A stretch of 64,000 nt of DNA from contig DATKOD010000003.1 of assembly GCA_035524755.1 (NCBI GenBank), positions 2,206-66,205 on the forward strand, read 5' to 3'. The position numbers and the translations under genes were made by a program. Shown in pieces: positions 18,155 to 26,107 of the stretch (position 1 is the stretch's first letter; each line of letters opens with the position of its first letter). Below the pieces are notes generated by a model that saw nothing but the letters and a program-made list of their open reading frames with translations, was not told the DNA's origin and did not search any database. Origin of the DNA: Minisyncoccota bacterium. GTDB lineage: Bacteria > Patescibacteriota > Minisyncoccia > 2-02-FULL-40-12 > GWA2-44-9.

Positions 18155-19183
18155 TCATACCACGATACCACCGCCGATGCAACGACTGCCGCGGTAGACG
18201 ACCGCGGACTGACCGGGCGTCAGCGCCCGCACCGGTTTAGTGAACCTGATGACGGATCCACGGACGGTCGCCGGCACCAGAGGTGCACGGTACCGCGCAC
18301 GGACGTGGACGCGGTCCGTCGCATTCGGCCGCGGACCGAACCAATGCGCGTCACGGATGACCGCTCGCGTCCCGTACAAATCGCGCTCTGTACCGACGAC
18401 GATGATGTTGCGCTTCACGTCCCGTGAGACGACGAAGTACGGACCCCCGCCGTCCCGTATATTGAGACCGTGCCGCTGGCCGATGGTGTAGTATGCCGCC
18501 CCGTCATGCGTGCCGAGGATGCGTCCGTCGCGGTGCAGGATGGTGCCCTGACGCGGAGGGATGCGGCTCGTCAGGAACGCCTTCACATCCATATCACCGA
18601 CGAAGCATACGCCCTGGGAATCGGGTTTCTCAGCGACGGAGAGGCCGGCATGCCGGGCCATGGCGCGCACCTGTGGCTTGGTGAGATCACCGATGGGGAA
18701 CAGTGTCCGCCTGAGGACATCCGTCGGAACCGCCCACAAGAAGTACGTCTGGTCCTTGTTCGTATCCTTCGCGATTGCGAGACCGCCGCCACGGATGCGT
18801 GCGTAGTGTCCGGTCGCGATGAGGTCGGCACCCTCCTTGAATGCACGCGCGGCGAACAGACCGAACTTGATATGCCGGTTGCATTCCACATCGGGATTGG
18901 GCGTCAGCCCCGCACGATACCCGGCCACCATCGGCCGTGCGACGAGCGTACCGTACTGACGCGAGAAATCCCACGTCTTCAGGGGGATGCCGATTCGTGC
19001 AGCGACACGGAGCGCATCTTCGCGGTCCCGTTGCCACAGGCATCCCATGCCGGGCGGCTGCCACGGCTTCATGAACACGCCGGTGACATCGTAGCCCCGT
19101 CCGACGAGGAGGTGCGCCGCGACCGCGGAGTCCACCCCTCCGCTCATCGCGACGAATACCTTCTTAGAGACTTGACGCTTCAT
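18155..19183 (-). CDS. mnmA: tRNA 2-thiouridine(34) synthase
   Basis: 342 aa with the PP-loop SGGVDSAV and matching MnmA architecture. Confidence 0.9.
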   Translation of the reverse strand: MKRQVSKKVFVAMSGGVDSAVAAHLLVGRGYDVTGVFMKPWQPPGMGCLWQRDREDALRVAARIGIPLKTWDFSRQYGTLVARPMVAGYRAGLTPNPDVECNRHIKFGLFAARAFKEGADLIATGHYARIRGGGLAIAKDTNKDQTYFLWAVPTDVLRRTLFPIGDLTKPQVRAMARHAGLSVAEKPDSQGVCFVGDMDVKAFLTSRIPPRQGTILHRDGRILGTHDGAAYYTIGQRHGLNIRDGGGPYFVVSRDVKRNIIVVGTERDLYGTRAVIRDAHWFGPRPNATDRVHVRARYRAPLVPATVRGSVIRFTKPVRALTPGQSAVVYRGSRCIGGGIVV

Positions 19184-19216
19184 AGGAAGAAGATACTATG
19201 CCATACACCGACTGAA

Positions 19217-19996
19217 ATGGCAAAACGCGTCCGCCTTGCGATATTCGACATCGACGGGACCATCTTCCGGTCTTCGCTCATCATCGAACTCTTCAATGAG
19301 TTGGTCCGCCGTGGGGTGTTCCCGGAACGCGCCCGGCGAGAAGTCGAGCGTGACTATGTCAACTGGCTCAACCGCAAGGGCCACTACAATGACTACATCA
19401 TGCGGGTCGTACGCGTGTTCTACCGCGAGATCGCGGGATGTTCGGTCCGACGCGTCGCTCCCGCTGTGCGGGCGGTCGTCGCATGGCAAAAAGACCGCGT
19501 GCACCGCTACCCGAGATTCCTCATCACCGACCTGAAACGCCGCGGGTACTTCATCCTGGTCATCTCGAACTCGCCGGAACCGATGGTCAGACAATTCGCG
19601 CGCGCGATGGGCTTCCACGATGCCATCGGCTACGCGCTCGAAACCGACCACGGCATCTATACCGGCAGGAGCATCCTCGGCGGACGGACGGTCCCGGGAG
19701 CATCGTGGATGGATAAGGTCACCGAATTGCGCCGCTACATCGAACTGAACGCGATGGATGTCGACCTGCACAATTCCGTCATGATCGGCGACTCCGAGGG
19801 AGACCTGCCGCTGTTGTCGTTCGTCGGACACCCCATCGCCTTCAATCCGTCATTGCCGTTGGCACGCATCGCCCGGCGGCGCGGTTGGCGGATCATCGTG
19901 GAGCGCAAAGATGCCATCTACGACATCAGGGACGCACGGTTCATTCCCGTCCCCGGCCGAAAGCCGCGTGTTCCCTACGGCAACAAGAGACGGTAG
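19217..19996 (+). CDS. HAD-superfamily hydrolase (HAD-IB, phosphoserine-phosphatase-like)
   Basis: Starts MAKRVRLAIFDIDGTIF (DxDGT motif I) and continues with later HAD motifs. It is the 3' 259 codons of the track ORF 18470..19996, whose 5' part overlaps mnmA antisense. Confidence 0.8.
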   Translation: MAKRVRLAIFDIDGTIFRSSLIIELFNELVRRGVFPERARREVERDYVNWLNRKGHYNDYIMRVVRVFYREIAGCSVRRVAPAVRAVVAWQKDRVHRYPRFLITDLKRRGYFILVISNSPEPMVRQFARAMGFHDAIGYALETDHGIYTGRSILGGRTVPGASWMDKVTELRRYIELNAMDVDLHNSVMIGDSEGDLPLLSFVGHPIAFNPSLPLARIARRRGWRIIVERKDAIYDIRDARFIPVPGRKPRVPYGNKRR

Positions 19997-20004
19997 AATA
20001 CGGC

Positions 20005-20610
20005 ATGGCGCATCTGAGCGTATTCTTCAATCCGACCGCGCTCATCCAAACGGTTGGGTACGTCGGCATCGCGGCCGTCATCTTCACCGAATCCGGCCTC
20101 CTCATCGGTATCGTGCTTCCGGGAGATTCCGTCCTGTTCACGGCGGGTTTTCTGGCGTCGCAAGGATTGCTCAGCATCATCCCGCTCCTCATCATCTCGT
20201 TCACGATGGCCGCGCTGGGCGACAACGTCGGATACTGGCTCGGCAAGCGATTCGGCCCTTCGGTCTTCAAGCGGAAGGATTCGATTTTCCTGAATCCCGG
20301 GAACATCACACGGGCCGAAGCGTTCTATGAAGAGCACGGCACGAAAACCATCGTCCTCGCGCGGTTCATCCCGGTCATCCGTACATTGGCACCGCTCCTT
20401 GCGGGCGTCGGTTCCATGCATTGGCGCACGTTCATGACCTATAACCTGCTCGGGGCGTTCATCTGGGGCATCGGCGTCACGTTCACCGGCTACTGGCTCG
20501 GTGCGGTGATACCCGGCATCGACCGGTATATCATTCCCATCGTCCTGCTGATCATCTTCTCATCGGTCATTCCGCCGGCGTACAACTACTACCGTCAGCA
20601 CCGCCGATGA
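20005..20610 (+). CDS. DedA-family membrane protein
   Basis: Multi-TM protein with the DedA pattern: GLLIGIVLPGDSVLFTAGFLA...ARFIPVIRTLAPLLAGVGSM. Start at MAHLSVFF (internal to the track ORF 19885..20610). Confidence 0.85.
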   Translation: MAHLSVFFNPTALIQTVGYVGIAAVIFTESGLLIGIVLPGDSVLFTAGFLASQGLLSIIPLLIISFTMAALGDNVGYWLGKRFGPSVFKRKDSIFLNPGNITRAEAFYEEHGTKTIVLARFIPVIRTLAPLLAGVGSMHWRTFMTYNLLGAFIWGIGVTFTGYWLGAVIPGIDRYIIPIVLLIIFSSVIPPAYNYYRQHRR

Positions 20611-20828
20611 AGCGTGTCACTGTGCGTGTCCATCCCGGCGCACGGCATGCGTCCGTCGAACGGACCTCGCCTGACGAGTTCGCGATCGCCGTGCGTGAAC
20701 CGGCGGAACGCGGCCGCGCGACGGACGCGGCGCGTCGTGCACTCGCAGAGCATCTCGGCATCGCGCCGTCGCGCCTTTCGCTCATCATGGGGCACGCGTC
20801 GCGCGTGAAAGTTTTTTTGGTCCGATGA
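20607..20828 (+). CDS. DUF167 (YggU-like) protein
   Basis: 73 aa, MKRVTVRVHPGARHASVER..., a small conserved DUF167-type pattern. Confidence 0.65.
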   Translation: MKRVTVRVHPGARHASVERTSPDEFAIAVREPAERGRATDAARRALAEHLGIAPSRLSLIMGHASRVKVFLVR

Positions 20829-20854
20829 TTTCGTGAGTTATCCACTGTTTTTTC

Positions 20855-20883
20855 TTGGTATCGACCTCCGCGGTCTCTATAAT
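20855..20883 (+). promoter_or_regulatory. near-consensus sigma70 promoter (TTGGTA-17-TATAAT) driving the micro-ORF transcription unit
   Basis: Perfect -10 with a 17-nt spacer in the otherwise gene-free 20829-21176 interval. Confidence 0.5.
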
Positions 20884-20990
20884 GGATGTAGTTAGTTATT
20901 TCCACGGTATCTGTGACGGCAGTGAATGGTCCGGCCGCAAGGCCCACCCATTGGTCGGCCGTCATTGAAACAACCATAAGGAGGGATGCG

Positions 20991-21044
20991 ATGCACGCTG
21001 TATGCGCCGCGGCGCCTGCAAGGTGGATCGCTACCAACCCGTAA
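20991..21044 (+). CDS. 17-codon leader micro-ORF (MHAVCAAAPARWIATNP)
   Basis: A perfect AGGAGG lies 6 nt upstream. The stop TAA overlaps the next ATG (TAATG). Confidence 0.3.
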   Translation: MHAVCAAAPARWIATNP

Positions 21045-21097
21045 TGGCAAAGAAGAGAAAGGCCAAGAAGGCCGCCGCAAAGAAGAAGAAGAGGTAA
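21044..21097 (+). CDS. 17-codon lysine-rich micro-ORF (MAKKRKAKKAAAKKKKR), translationally coupled
   Basis: The ATG overlaps the upstream stop. An intrinsic terminator follows 16 nt later. Confidence 0.3.
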   Translation: MAKKRKAKKAAAKKKKR

Positions 21098-21112
21098 TCT
21101 CGTCTTCACTCG

Positions 21113-21140
21113 CAAACACCCCGTACGGGGTGTTTGCCTT
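21113..21140 (+). terminator. intrinsic terminator (CAAACACCCCG-ta-CGGGGTGTTTG + CCTTTCAT)
   Basis: Perfect 11-bp palindrome directly after the micro-ORF stop. Confidence 0.55.
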
Positions 21141-21152
21141 TCATGTGAAAAG

Positions 21153-21176
21153 AATCCCGCCTCCGGTGAGGCGGGA
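21153..21176 (-). terminator. intrinsic terminator for the convergent minus-strand gene (ATCCCGCCTC-cggt-GAGGCGGGAT, then CTTTTCAC on the minus strand)
   Basis: 10-bp stem overlapping the last codons of the 21177..22541 gene. Confidence 0.5.
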
Positions 21177-22541
21177 TCATGGTCTGACCGCGACAGGCGC
21201 CGATGCCGTGTACTCGTCGCGCAGGTATCGGAACTTATCCTGGACGTAGCCTTTCGTCTCGCTCAGGAGACACTGCCGGTACGTTGGCTTGCGACAGTCC
21301 GTACCACGGGCATCAACCCAGTCGGGCGAGTTCTTCTTGAGCGCGATGCGATAGACCGCGGTCACCCGCTTGGTGCCGGTATTGTATCCGGCGAACTGGA
21401 GCTCATCGATATGGGGATCGCTCATGATGGCCGTCCCGAACGCCTTCACGTAGTCGGCAAGCTGGAGATCCAGGAGCAGGATCGCCGCTTTCATGCTGTT
21501 GAGCGCCTGCCGCCGGCCGGTATTGGTGTCGGTCACGAGGCCTGCGGCCGGATATGCCTTCCGAACCATCGTATATGAACTCGCGATGAACTGCTGCGGA
21601 CCGCATGCGCCCGCCGGACTGCACGTGAACGATGCGAACATGTCGCCGTTGGCGCCGATGGTGGCGTAGACGCGGTTGGTCGTCCATTGCGGGTCCAAGA
21701 TGAACTCGGTCAGGTCCATGTGCTCGATGGGCATGATCTTGTCGATGGGGAACGCCTTCGGATATTTCGCGATGACGTCAGCGATGAGCATGCCGGGCAA
21801 CGCCCGCGAGACGACACCCCGCGCGCGTAGATCATCCGTCGCCTTCGCGATGGTATCCGCCACGTACCGTTGTCCTTCTGCGATCACGTCAGCCACCGCG
21901 ATCGGTTCGCTGTACGGTACGTTGATGAATTCGGTGACCCGCGGCTGTCCCTTCTTCGGTGCATCATTGACGATGGGATATTTCACCCCGACGACGATTG
22001 AATCGGACGGCGAAGCGATGGCGAACTGCGTGTTCCAGTTGTTCCACTCGATGCCGTTGGCACGGCGCACGACGCTCATCGCCCACCCCGCCGGCGCCTG
22101 GAGCACCGCGACCGGTTCATTCTTGATGGTCCACTTCGTGCCGGTGCGTGTCGCGACCGGGACGTTCATCTGCGCCATCCCGTACGTTTTCTTGACGGTG
22201 ATGACCGATGTCGTGCACGTCGTGGTGTTGAGCACCCGCACGGCGATGTCCTTGATGTAGTCCTTGTAGACCTTCAGGACGCCCAGACGCACTTCCACGT
22301 ATGAGTGGAGTTTCTGGTCGTACGACAACGATGCAGACGCCAACTGGACATCAGAAGGGGTCCCGGCGATGACTGAGGCGATGTCGCATGCGGGTTTCGG
22401 CGGCAGCACCGGAGACACATCCTCCGGCGCATAGAACCCGACCCGTACCGATGTCGGATCGGGTGCTTGTGCGTGCACCGATAGGACCCCGAAACCGACC
22501 GCGGCAATGACCGACGTTGTGGTGATCAGCAGTCTACGCAT
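21177..22541 (-). CDS. secreted hypothetical protein (signal peptide, several Cys pairs)
   Basis: Start at MRRLLITTTSVIAAVGFGVLSVHAQA (M18 of the track ORF); this signal peptide is cleavable. About 454 aa with no recognised domain. Confidence 0.7.
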   Translation of the reverse strand: MRRLLITTTSVIAAVGFGVLSVHAQAPDPTSVRVGFYAPEDVSPVLPPKPACDIASVIAGTPSDVQLASASLSYDQKLHSYVEVRLGVLKVYKDYIKDIAVRVLNTTTCTTSVITVKKTYGMAQMNVPVATRTGTKWTIKNEPVAVLQAPAGWAMSVVRRANGIEWNNWNTQFAIASPSDSIVVGVKYPIVNDAPKKGQPRVTEFINVPYSEPIAVADVIAEGQRYVADTIAKATDDLRARGVVSRALPGMLIADVIAKYPKAFPIDKIMPIEHMDLTEFILDPQWTTNRVYATIGANGDMFASFTCSPAGACGPQQFIASSYTMVRKAYPAAGLVTDTNTGRRQALNSMKAAILLLDLQLADYVKAFGTAIMSDPHIDELQFAGYNTGTKRVTAVYRIALKKNSPDWVDARGTDCRKPTYRQCLLSETKGYVQDKFRYLRDEYTASAPVAVRP

Positions 22542-22604
22542 ATGCTCCTTTTGTACTGAGGGTTGGGAACGAACCCGGGAACGATACCACACTGTCGGCC
22601 GTCC

Positions 22605-23903
22605 TCACAGGTCGCTCTTGATGTTCGCCGCAAGCAGCTGGACGGAATTCGCATAGTTGACGCAGCTGGCGTTCGTGCTCGCAGCATTGCCGCAATAATA
22701 TTTCTTCGATGCCGCGATCTCTCCCGCACGGGTCTGGCTGCTGGCGCCGTCATTCGAAAGCTTCGCTGCGGCCGCGACGAACGCGTCTTCGATGTTCCAG
22801 GGATCGGGCAGCGCATGGCCGGATATCGCGGCGATCTGATCTCGATACCCCATCCACGTTGACGGCAAGAACTGCGCCGCACCCATGGCGCCTCCCCATT
22901 TGGAACCGCATGAGATCGGGGTCTGGAAAGGATCGCGGTTCAATTGCGCGGTGATACTGAGGAAATACGGGAGGTCTCTCGTGGGATTGATGCCGTAGGT
23001 ATAGATCTGGCCGTTCGTGATCCTCCGCGTCTCCCCGCTGGTCGAATCCACGATGTAGCACTTCCCGACGTTTGCCCCGAGCGCACTCTCTTGCTCGAGC
23101 TCCGCGATGAGGAACTCCGGCCGGATACCGGCTCCGATGGCGGCAAGCTGCCCATATTTGATCGCATCCTCTGCCGAGACGCCGTTCTGTTGCAGGTAGT
23201 AGATCTGTTCCTGCAGGCGTTGCAGATTCGTCTTGGTGGTCGCTACCAACTGTTGGTATTTGCTCTCTTGGCCCTGCGTCACCTTCAATAACTGGTTTTT
23301 GTCGGTTTTCGTCGTCGCAAGTTGACGCTGTTGCGCTTCTTGGAGCGCTTGAGCCTGCTCCAGACTCGTCTGTTGGTCCTGGAGCTGGGACTGTTGCTGG
23401 TCCAGTTGATCGCGCAAATCGCTGATGGACTGGATGGCCGTGCTCAGCGAGTCCTGCGTGCGCTGGATATCATGCACGCGGTCGAAGAAGTCCGACAGTG
23501 TGCCGCTCTGGAGCAGGATCATCGAGAGCGGTTGCAGATCGTTCTGCGCCGTTTCACGGAGCGCTGAGGCAAGCGCCTGCTGGTGCACCGAAATCTGCTG
23601 TTCCGCATTCTCGATGGCGGTCTGAGTCTGACCGATTTCAAGTCCGGTCTCATCGATGGACGCCTGGAGAGATTGGATCTGCGTGCTCAATACGCTGATC
23701 TGTGCGTTGAGCTTCGAGATTTCCGTCTGCAACGATTGCTTCTGTGTGCTCGCCTGGGTCAACTGCTCTTGCGCAGCGTCCAGCTGCGCCTGCAACTGCG
23801 TCTGCTTCTGTTGCAGGGCGGCAATCTCGTCCTGAACGGCCGCATGCGCCGTCAACGGAACGACGAGCGCACAAAGAGCGACGATTGCGACCAACCGCCT
23901 CAC
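22605..23903 (-). CDS. coiled-coil protein with C-terminal lytic murein transglycosylase (MltB/Slt35-like) domain
   Basis: A long Q/L-rich coiled coil follows the signal-like segment RRLVAIVALCALVVPLTAHA. The C-terminal region has GAMGAAQFLPSTW, the family-3 LT signature. A GTG start at ~23903 forms a GTGA overlap with the upstream stop; the track ORF extends to 23966. Confidence 0.8.
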   Translation of the reverse strand: MRRLVAIVALCALVVPLTAHAAVQDEIAALQQKQTQLQAQLDAAQEQLTQASTQKQSLQTEISKLNAQISVLSTQIQSLQASIDETGLEIGQTQTAIENAEQQISVHQQALASALRETAQNDLQPLSMILLQSGTLSDFFDRVHDIQRTQDSLSTAIQSISDLRDQLDQQQSQLQDQQTSLEQAQALQEAQQRQLATTKTDKNQLLKVTQGQESKYQQLVATTKTNLQRLQEQIYYLQQNGVSAEDAIKYGQLAAIGAGIRPEFLIAELEQESALGANVGKCYIVDSTSGETRRITNGQIYTYGINPTRDLPYFLSITAQLNRDPFQTPISCGSKWGGAMGAAQFLPSTWMGYRDQIAAISGHALPDPWNIEDAFVAAAAKLSNDGASSQTRAGEIAASKKYYCGNAASTNASCVNYANSVQLLAANIKSDL

Positions 23904-24346
23904 TGGACGATGATCGTACCGGTCTGCGACGCGTTCGATTCGTCCGCGTGGTTCAGGTAGTGGCACGTCTGTGAATCATTGAACGCCAATGAGTATGTCT
24001 CGCCGCGGTACAAGGAGCGGGTGGCGTCAAGTCCCGGGCAGCCGCCGGTGCCGCTGACGGTCATGGGCCAGAAGGCGATATCGGTGTCGTTGCGGAACGT
24101 GATGGCGTCACCGACCCGGATGGTGATGGTGGCCGGGGTCACGCCGGAAGCGGTCAGATGGACGATGTACCGCTGAGGTGTCGGGGTCGGCGTGGGGTAG
24201 TATCCGATGGGTGTGGGCGTCGGGGTCGGCGTCGTGGAATCGCTGGTCGAATCCGACCTCGTCGCCAGATACGTGATACCGACCGCCAGAAGCGCCACTA
24301 CGATGACCGAGATGATGAGTGTTCGTGAGGAGTACATAATCCCCAT
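23900..24346 (-). CDS. membrane-anchored hypothetical protein (TM, PT-rich linker, ~90-aa beta-rich domain, possibly cupredoxin/Ig-like)
   Basis: 148 aa with N-terminal TM LIISVIVVALLAVGITYL and a TPTPTPTP linker. The fold assignment is speculative. Confidence 0.6.
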   Translation of the reverse strand: MGIMYSSRTLIISVIVVALLAVGITYLATRSDSTSDSTTPTPTPTPIGYYPTPTPTPQRYIVHLTASGVTPATITIRVGDAITFRNDTDIAFWPMTVSGTGGCPGLDATRSLYRGETYSLAFNDSQTCHYLNHADESNASQTGTIIVQ

Positions 24347-24355
24347 GCTAACAGA

Positions 24356-24384
24356 TTGGCTGGCGGCTTCCAGAGGTATACAAT
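24356..24384 (+). promoter_or_regulatory. sigma70-like promoter (TTGGCT-17-TACAAT) placed to give a leaderless or near-leaderless mRNA for the pilin-like gene
   Basis: The -10 ends about 7 nt before the ATG at 24391. There is no SD. Confidence 0.4.
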
Positions 24385-24390
24385 GGGGCT

Positions 24391-24891
24391 ATGCACACAC
24401 GTCGGGTGCTCACTATTGGTGCCGTTCTCCTTATGGCAGTGCTTCCGGTCGTCGCGATTGCCGCTGATCAGCCGCTCCAATCAGGTTCTGATTCCCTCGG
24501 CGCAGCAGTAGCCTCGCTCTACCGATACGGCCTGAGCATCGTGGGTCTCGCAGTATTCGTTATGTTTTTGTATGCAGGACTCCTTAAGATGTTTTCGGAG
24601 ACTTTTATCAGCAAATGGGTACCGTCAGGTTGGGAAAAGAACTCTACCGTTGTCATTCAAGATGCGGTCATCGGGCTCATCCTCTTGTTCGCCTCATATC
24701 TCATCCTCAACACGATCAATCCTGATCTGGTGACGCCGCAGAAAGCGTCCCCGACGTCAACGACGACCTCGACCAGTTCTTCGGCGGGAACGGTGGGTCT
24801 TCCCACGAGCAGCAGCGTGCCGACGCCCGTACCGACATTCCAGGGCGGCGGAGGTTCATTCGGCGGCGGCGGTGCCTCAGGAACTTTTTGA
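24391..24891 (+). CDS. VirB2/TrbC-type (T4SS) pilin-like protein
   Basis: 166 aa with signal peptide MHTRRVLTIGAVLLMAVLPVVAIA. The mature part has two hydrophobic helices (LSIVGLAVFVMFLYAGLL; AVIGLILLFASYLILNTI) separated by a short loop, then an S/T-rich tail ending GGGGSFGGGGASGTF. The family call is by architecture only. Confidence 0.55.
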   Translation: MHTRRVLTIGAVLLMAVLPVVAIAADQPLQSGSDSLGAAVASLYRYGLSIVGLAVFVMFLYAGLLKMFSETFISKWVPSGWEKNSTVVIQDAVIGLILLFASYLILNTINPDLVTPQKASPTSTTTSTSSSAGTVGLPTSSSVPTPVPTFQGGGGSFGGGGASGTF

Positions 24892-24892
24892 T

Positions 24893-25090
24893 ATGGCATA
24901 CGTACTCGTCCTCCTTGCAGCACTCGGGATATTCGTTTACAGCACGCCTGCCCGCCAGGCGGTCAAGAATTCATTGGCAGCTATCGCGCAAAGCGCCGAA
25001 GTCAGACAGGCGGAAACCTACCTACGCGACAAAGTCACGGGATTCATCCGGACCGAGCTCCACCACGCGGTCGATGATGCGGTGAAATAG
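24893..25090 (+). CDS. small membrane protein (65 aa), hypothetical
   Basis: MAYVLVLLAALGIFVYSTPARQ... Its ATG sits 1 nt after the pilin-like stop (TGATATG). Confidence 0.4.
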   Translation: MAYVLVLLAALGIFVYSTPARQAVKNSLAAIAQSAEVRQAETYLRDKVTGFIRTELHHAVDDAVK

Positions 25091-25101
25091 TCCCCCATTG
25101 C

Positions 25102-25130
25102 TTGACTTTATGCACGTAATGTGCTATACT
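25102..25130 (+). promoter_or_regulatory. near-consensus sigma70 promoter (TTGACT-17-TATACT)
   Basis: Followed by GGAGG and the ATG at ~25148. Confidence 0.5.
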
Positions 25131-25147
25131 TCACCTTGGAGGCTGAT

Positions 25148-25288
25148 ATGAAGAAGCACACGCGCCTGGTGCTGTTCCTGATCGCACTGACGCTCGTGGT
25201 CACGGGCTCCCTGGGCTCGACCAAGCAGAACGCGTTCGTTCCCGGGGGCGGCCACTTCCGCGGACACGGCGCCAGCTCCAGCTGGTGA
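25148..25288 (+). CDS. small secreted Gly/His-rich peptide (46 aa)
   Basis: MKKHTRLVLFLIALTLVVTGSLGSTKQNAFVPGGGHFRGHGASSSW, with a signal peptide, a GGAGG SD, a strong promoter and a terminator. It is below the ORF-track cutoff. Confidence 0.5.
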   Translation: MKKHTRLVLFLIALTLVVTGSLGSTKQNAFVPGGGHFRGHGASSSW

Positions 25289-25299
25289 TGACACCCGAA

Positions 25300-25327
25300 G
25301 GGAGATCCATGACGGACCTCCCTTTTT
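25300..25327. terminator. intrinsic terminator (GGGAGATCC-atgac-GGACCTCCC-TTTTT), bidirectional (also follows the dsbA-like stop at 25336)
   Basis: 9-bp stem with one mismatch plus a T5 tract. Confidence 0.5.
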
Positions 25328-25335
25328 CATTGCGG

Positions 25336-26097
25336 TCATTTCGCCAGTGCCGCGTCGATGACCTGCTGGAATGCGGCGAACGGCTGTGCACCGACCAGGG
25401 AGACGCCGTTGATGAAGAAACTCGGCGTTCCATCGACTCCCAATGCGGTACCGTCGGCTTGGTCCTTATCGACTTCGCTCGCGTATTTCTGTGAGTCCAG
25501 ACACTGATTGAATTTCGTCATATCCAGACCGATGTTCGAGACCCACGTCTTGATGTCGCTGACACTGAACGATACCGTCCCGCCGCTGGGGTCTTTGGCA
25601 TCCTGCCCCGCGAAGATCGCATCGTGGAACTGCCAGAACTTCCCCTGCTCCGCCGCACAGGCACCTGCCAGCGCGGCAGGGCGTGCAGAGGGATGCAGGC
25701 TGGTCAGCGGGAAATCACGGAAGACGAGGCGGACCTTGCCGGTATCGATATAGGTCTTCTTCAGCAGCGCGAAGGTGTCGTTGTAGAACGATCGGCAGTA
25801 CGGACACTGGAAATCACTGAACTCCACGATGGTCACCTTGGCGTCCGCATTCCCCAGGACCGGATCTTCACCGTCCTCAAGCTTGCTGGTATCGATCGGT
25901 GCGGCGGTTCCGTCCGCCTGCTGGGCAGGAGCAACGGACGGGCCGTGGAACAGCGATGCGGTACCGCCCGAACCGACGAACAGGACACTGGCTGCGATCA
26001 ACAGACCTGCGACGATGATGGCGCCCGGAACGGACATGAACGGTTGCTTCGGCTCCACCGGCTTCGGCTGCTCGCTGACCATCGGTTGTTCATCCAT
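25336..26097 (-). CDS. DsbA-family thiol:disulfide oxidoreductase (membrane-anchored)
   Basis: 253 aa with an N-terminal TM, the thioredoxin motif FSDFQCPYC, and a DsbA-like remainder. Confidence 0.85.
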   Translation of the reverse strand: MDEQPMVSEQPKPVEPKQPFMSVPGAIIVAGLLIAASVLFVGSGGTASLFHGPSVAPAQQADGTAAPIDTSKLEDGEDPVLGNADAKVTIVEFSDFQCPYCRSFYNDTFALLKKTYIDTGKVRLVFRDFPLTSLHPSARPAALAGACAAEQGKFWQFHDAIFAGQDAKDPSGGTVSFSVSDIKTWVSNIGLDMTKFNQCLDSQKYASEVDKDQADGTALGVDGTPSFFINGVSLVGAQPFAAFQQVIDAALAK

Positions 26098-26107
26098 GAA
26101 TGGAAAA

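Noticed and set aside
18470-19216. 5' part of the 508-aa plus ORF 18470..19996, and the minus ORF 19196..19831
   Set aside because: The 5' 249 codons run antisense through mnmA with no recognisable protein features. The HAD hydrolase begins at MAKRVRLAIFDIDGT (19217). The 19196..19831 minus ORF is antisense to the HAD gene.
20986-21249. 87-aa ORF (MRCTLYAPRRLQGG...) in the micro-ORF region
   Set aside because: Its ATG is only 1 nt after the AGGAGG SD. It reads straight through two terminator hairpins into the convergent gene. The ATG at 20991 has correct SD spacing and is preferred.
23900-23966. Longer N-terminus of the lytic transglycosylase (start at 23966)
   Set aside because: It would overlap the upstream gene by 67 nt. 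A GTG at ~23903 gives a classic GTGA overlap and places the start just before the hydrophobic signal-like segment. This call carries moderate confidence only.
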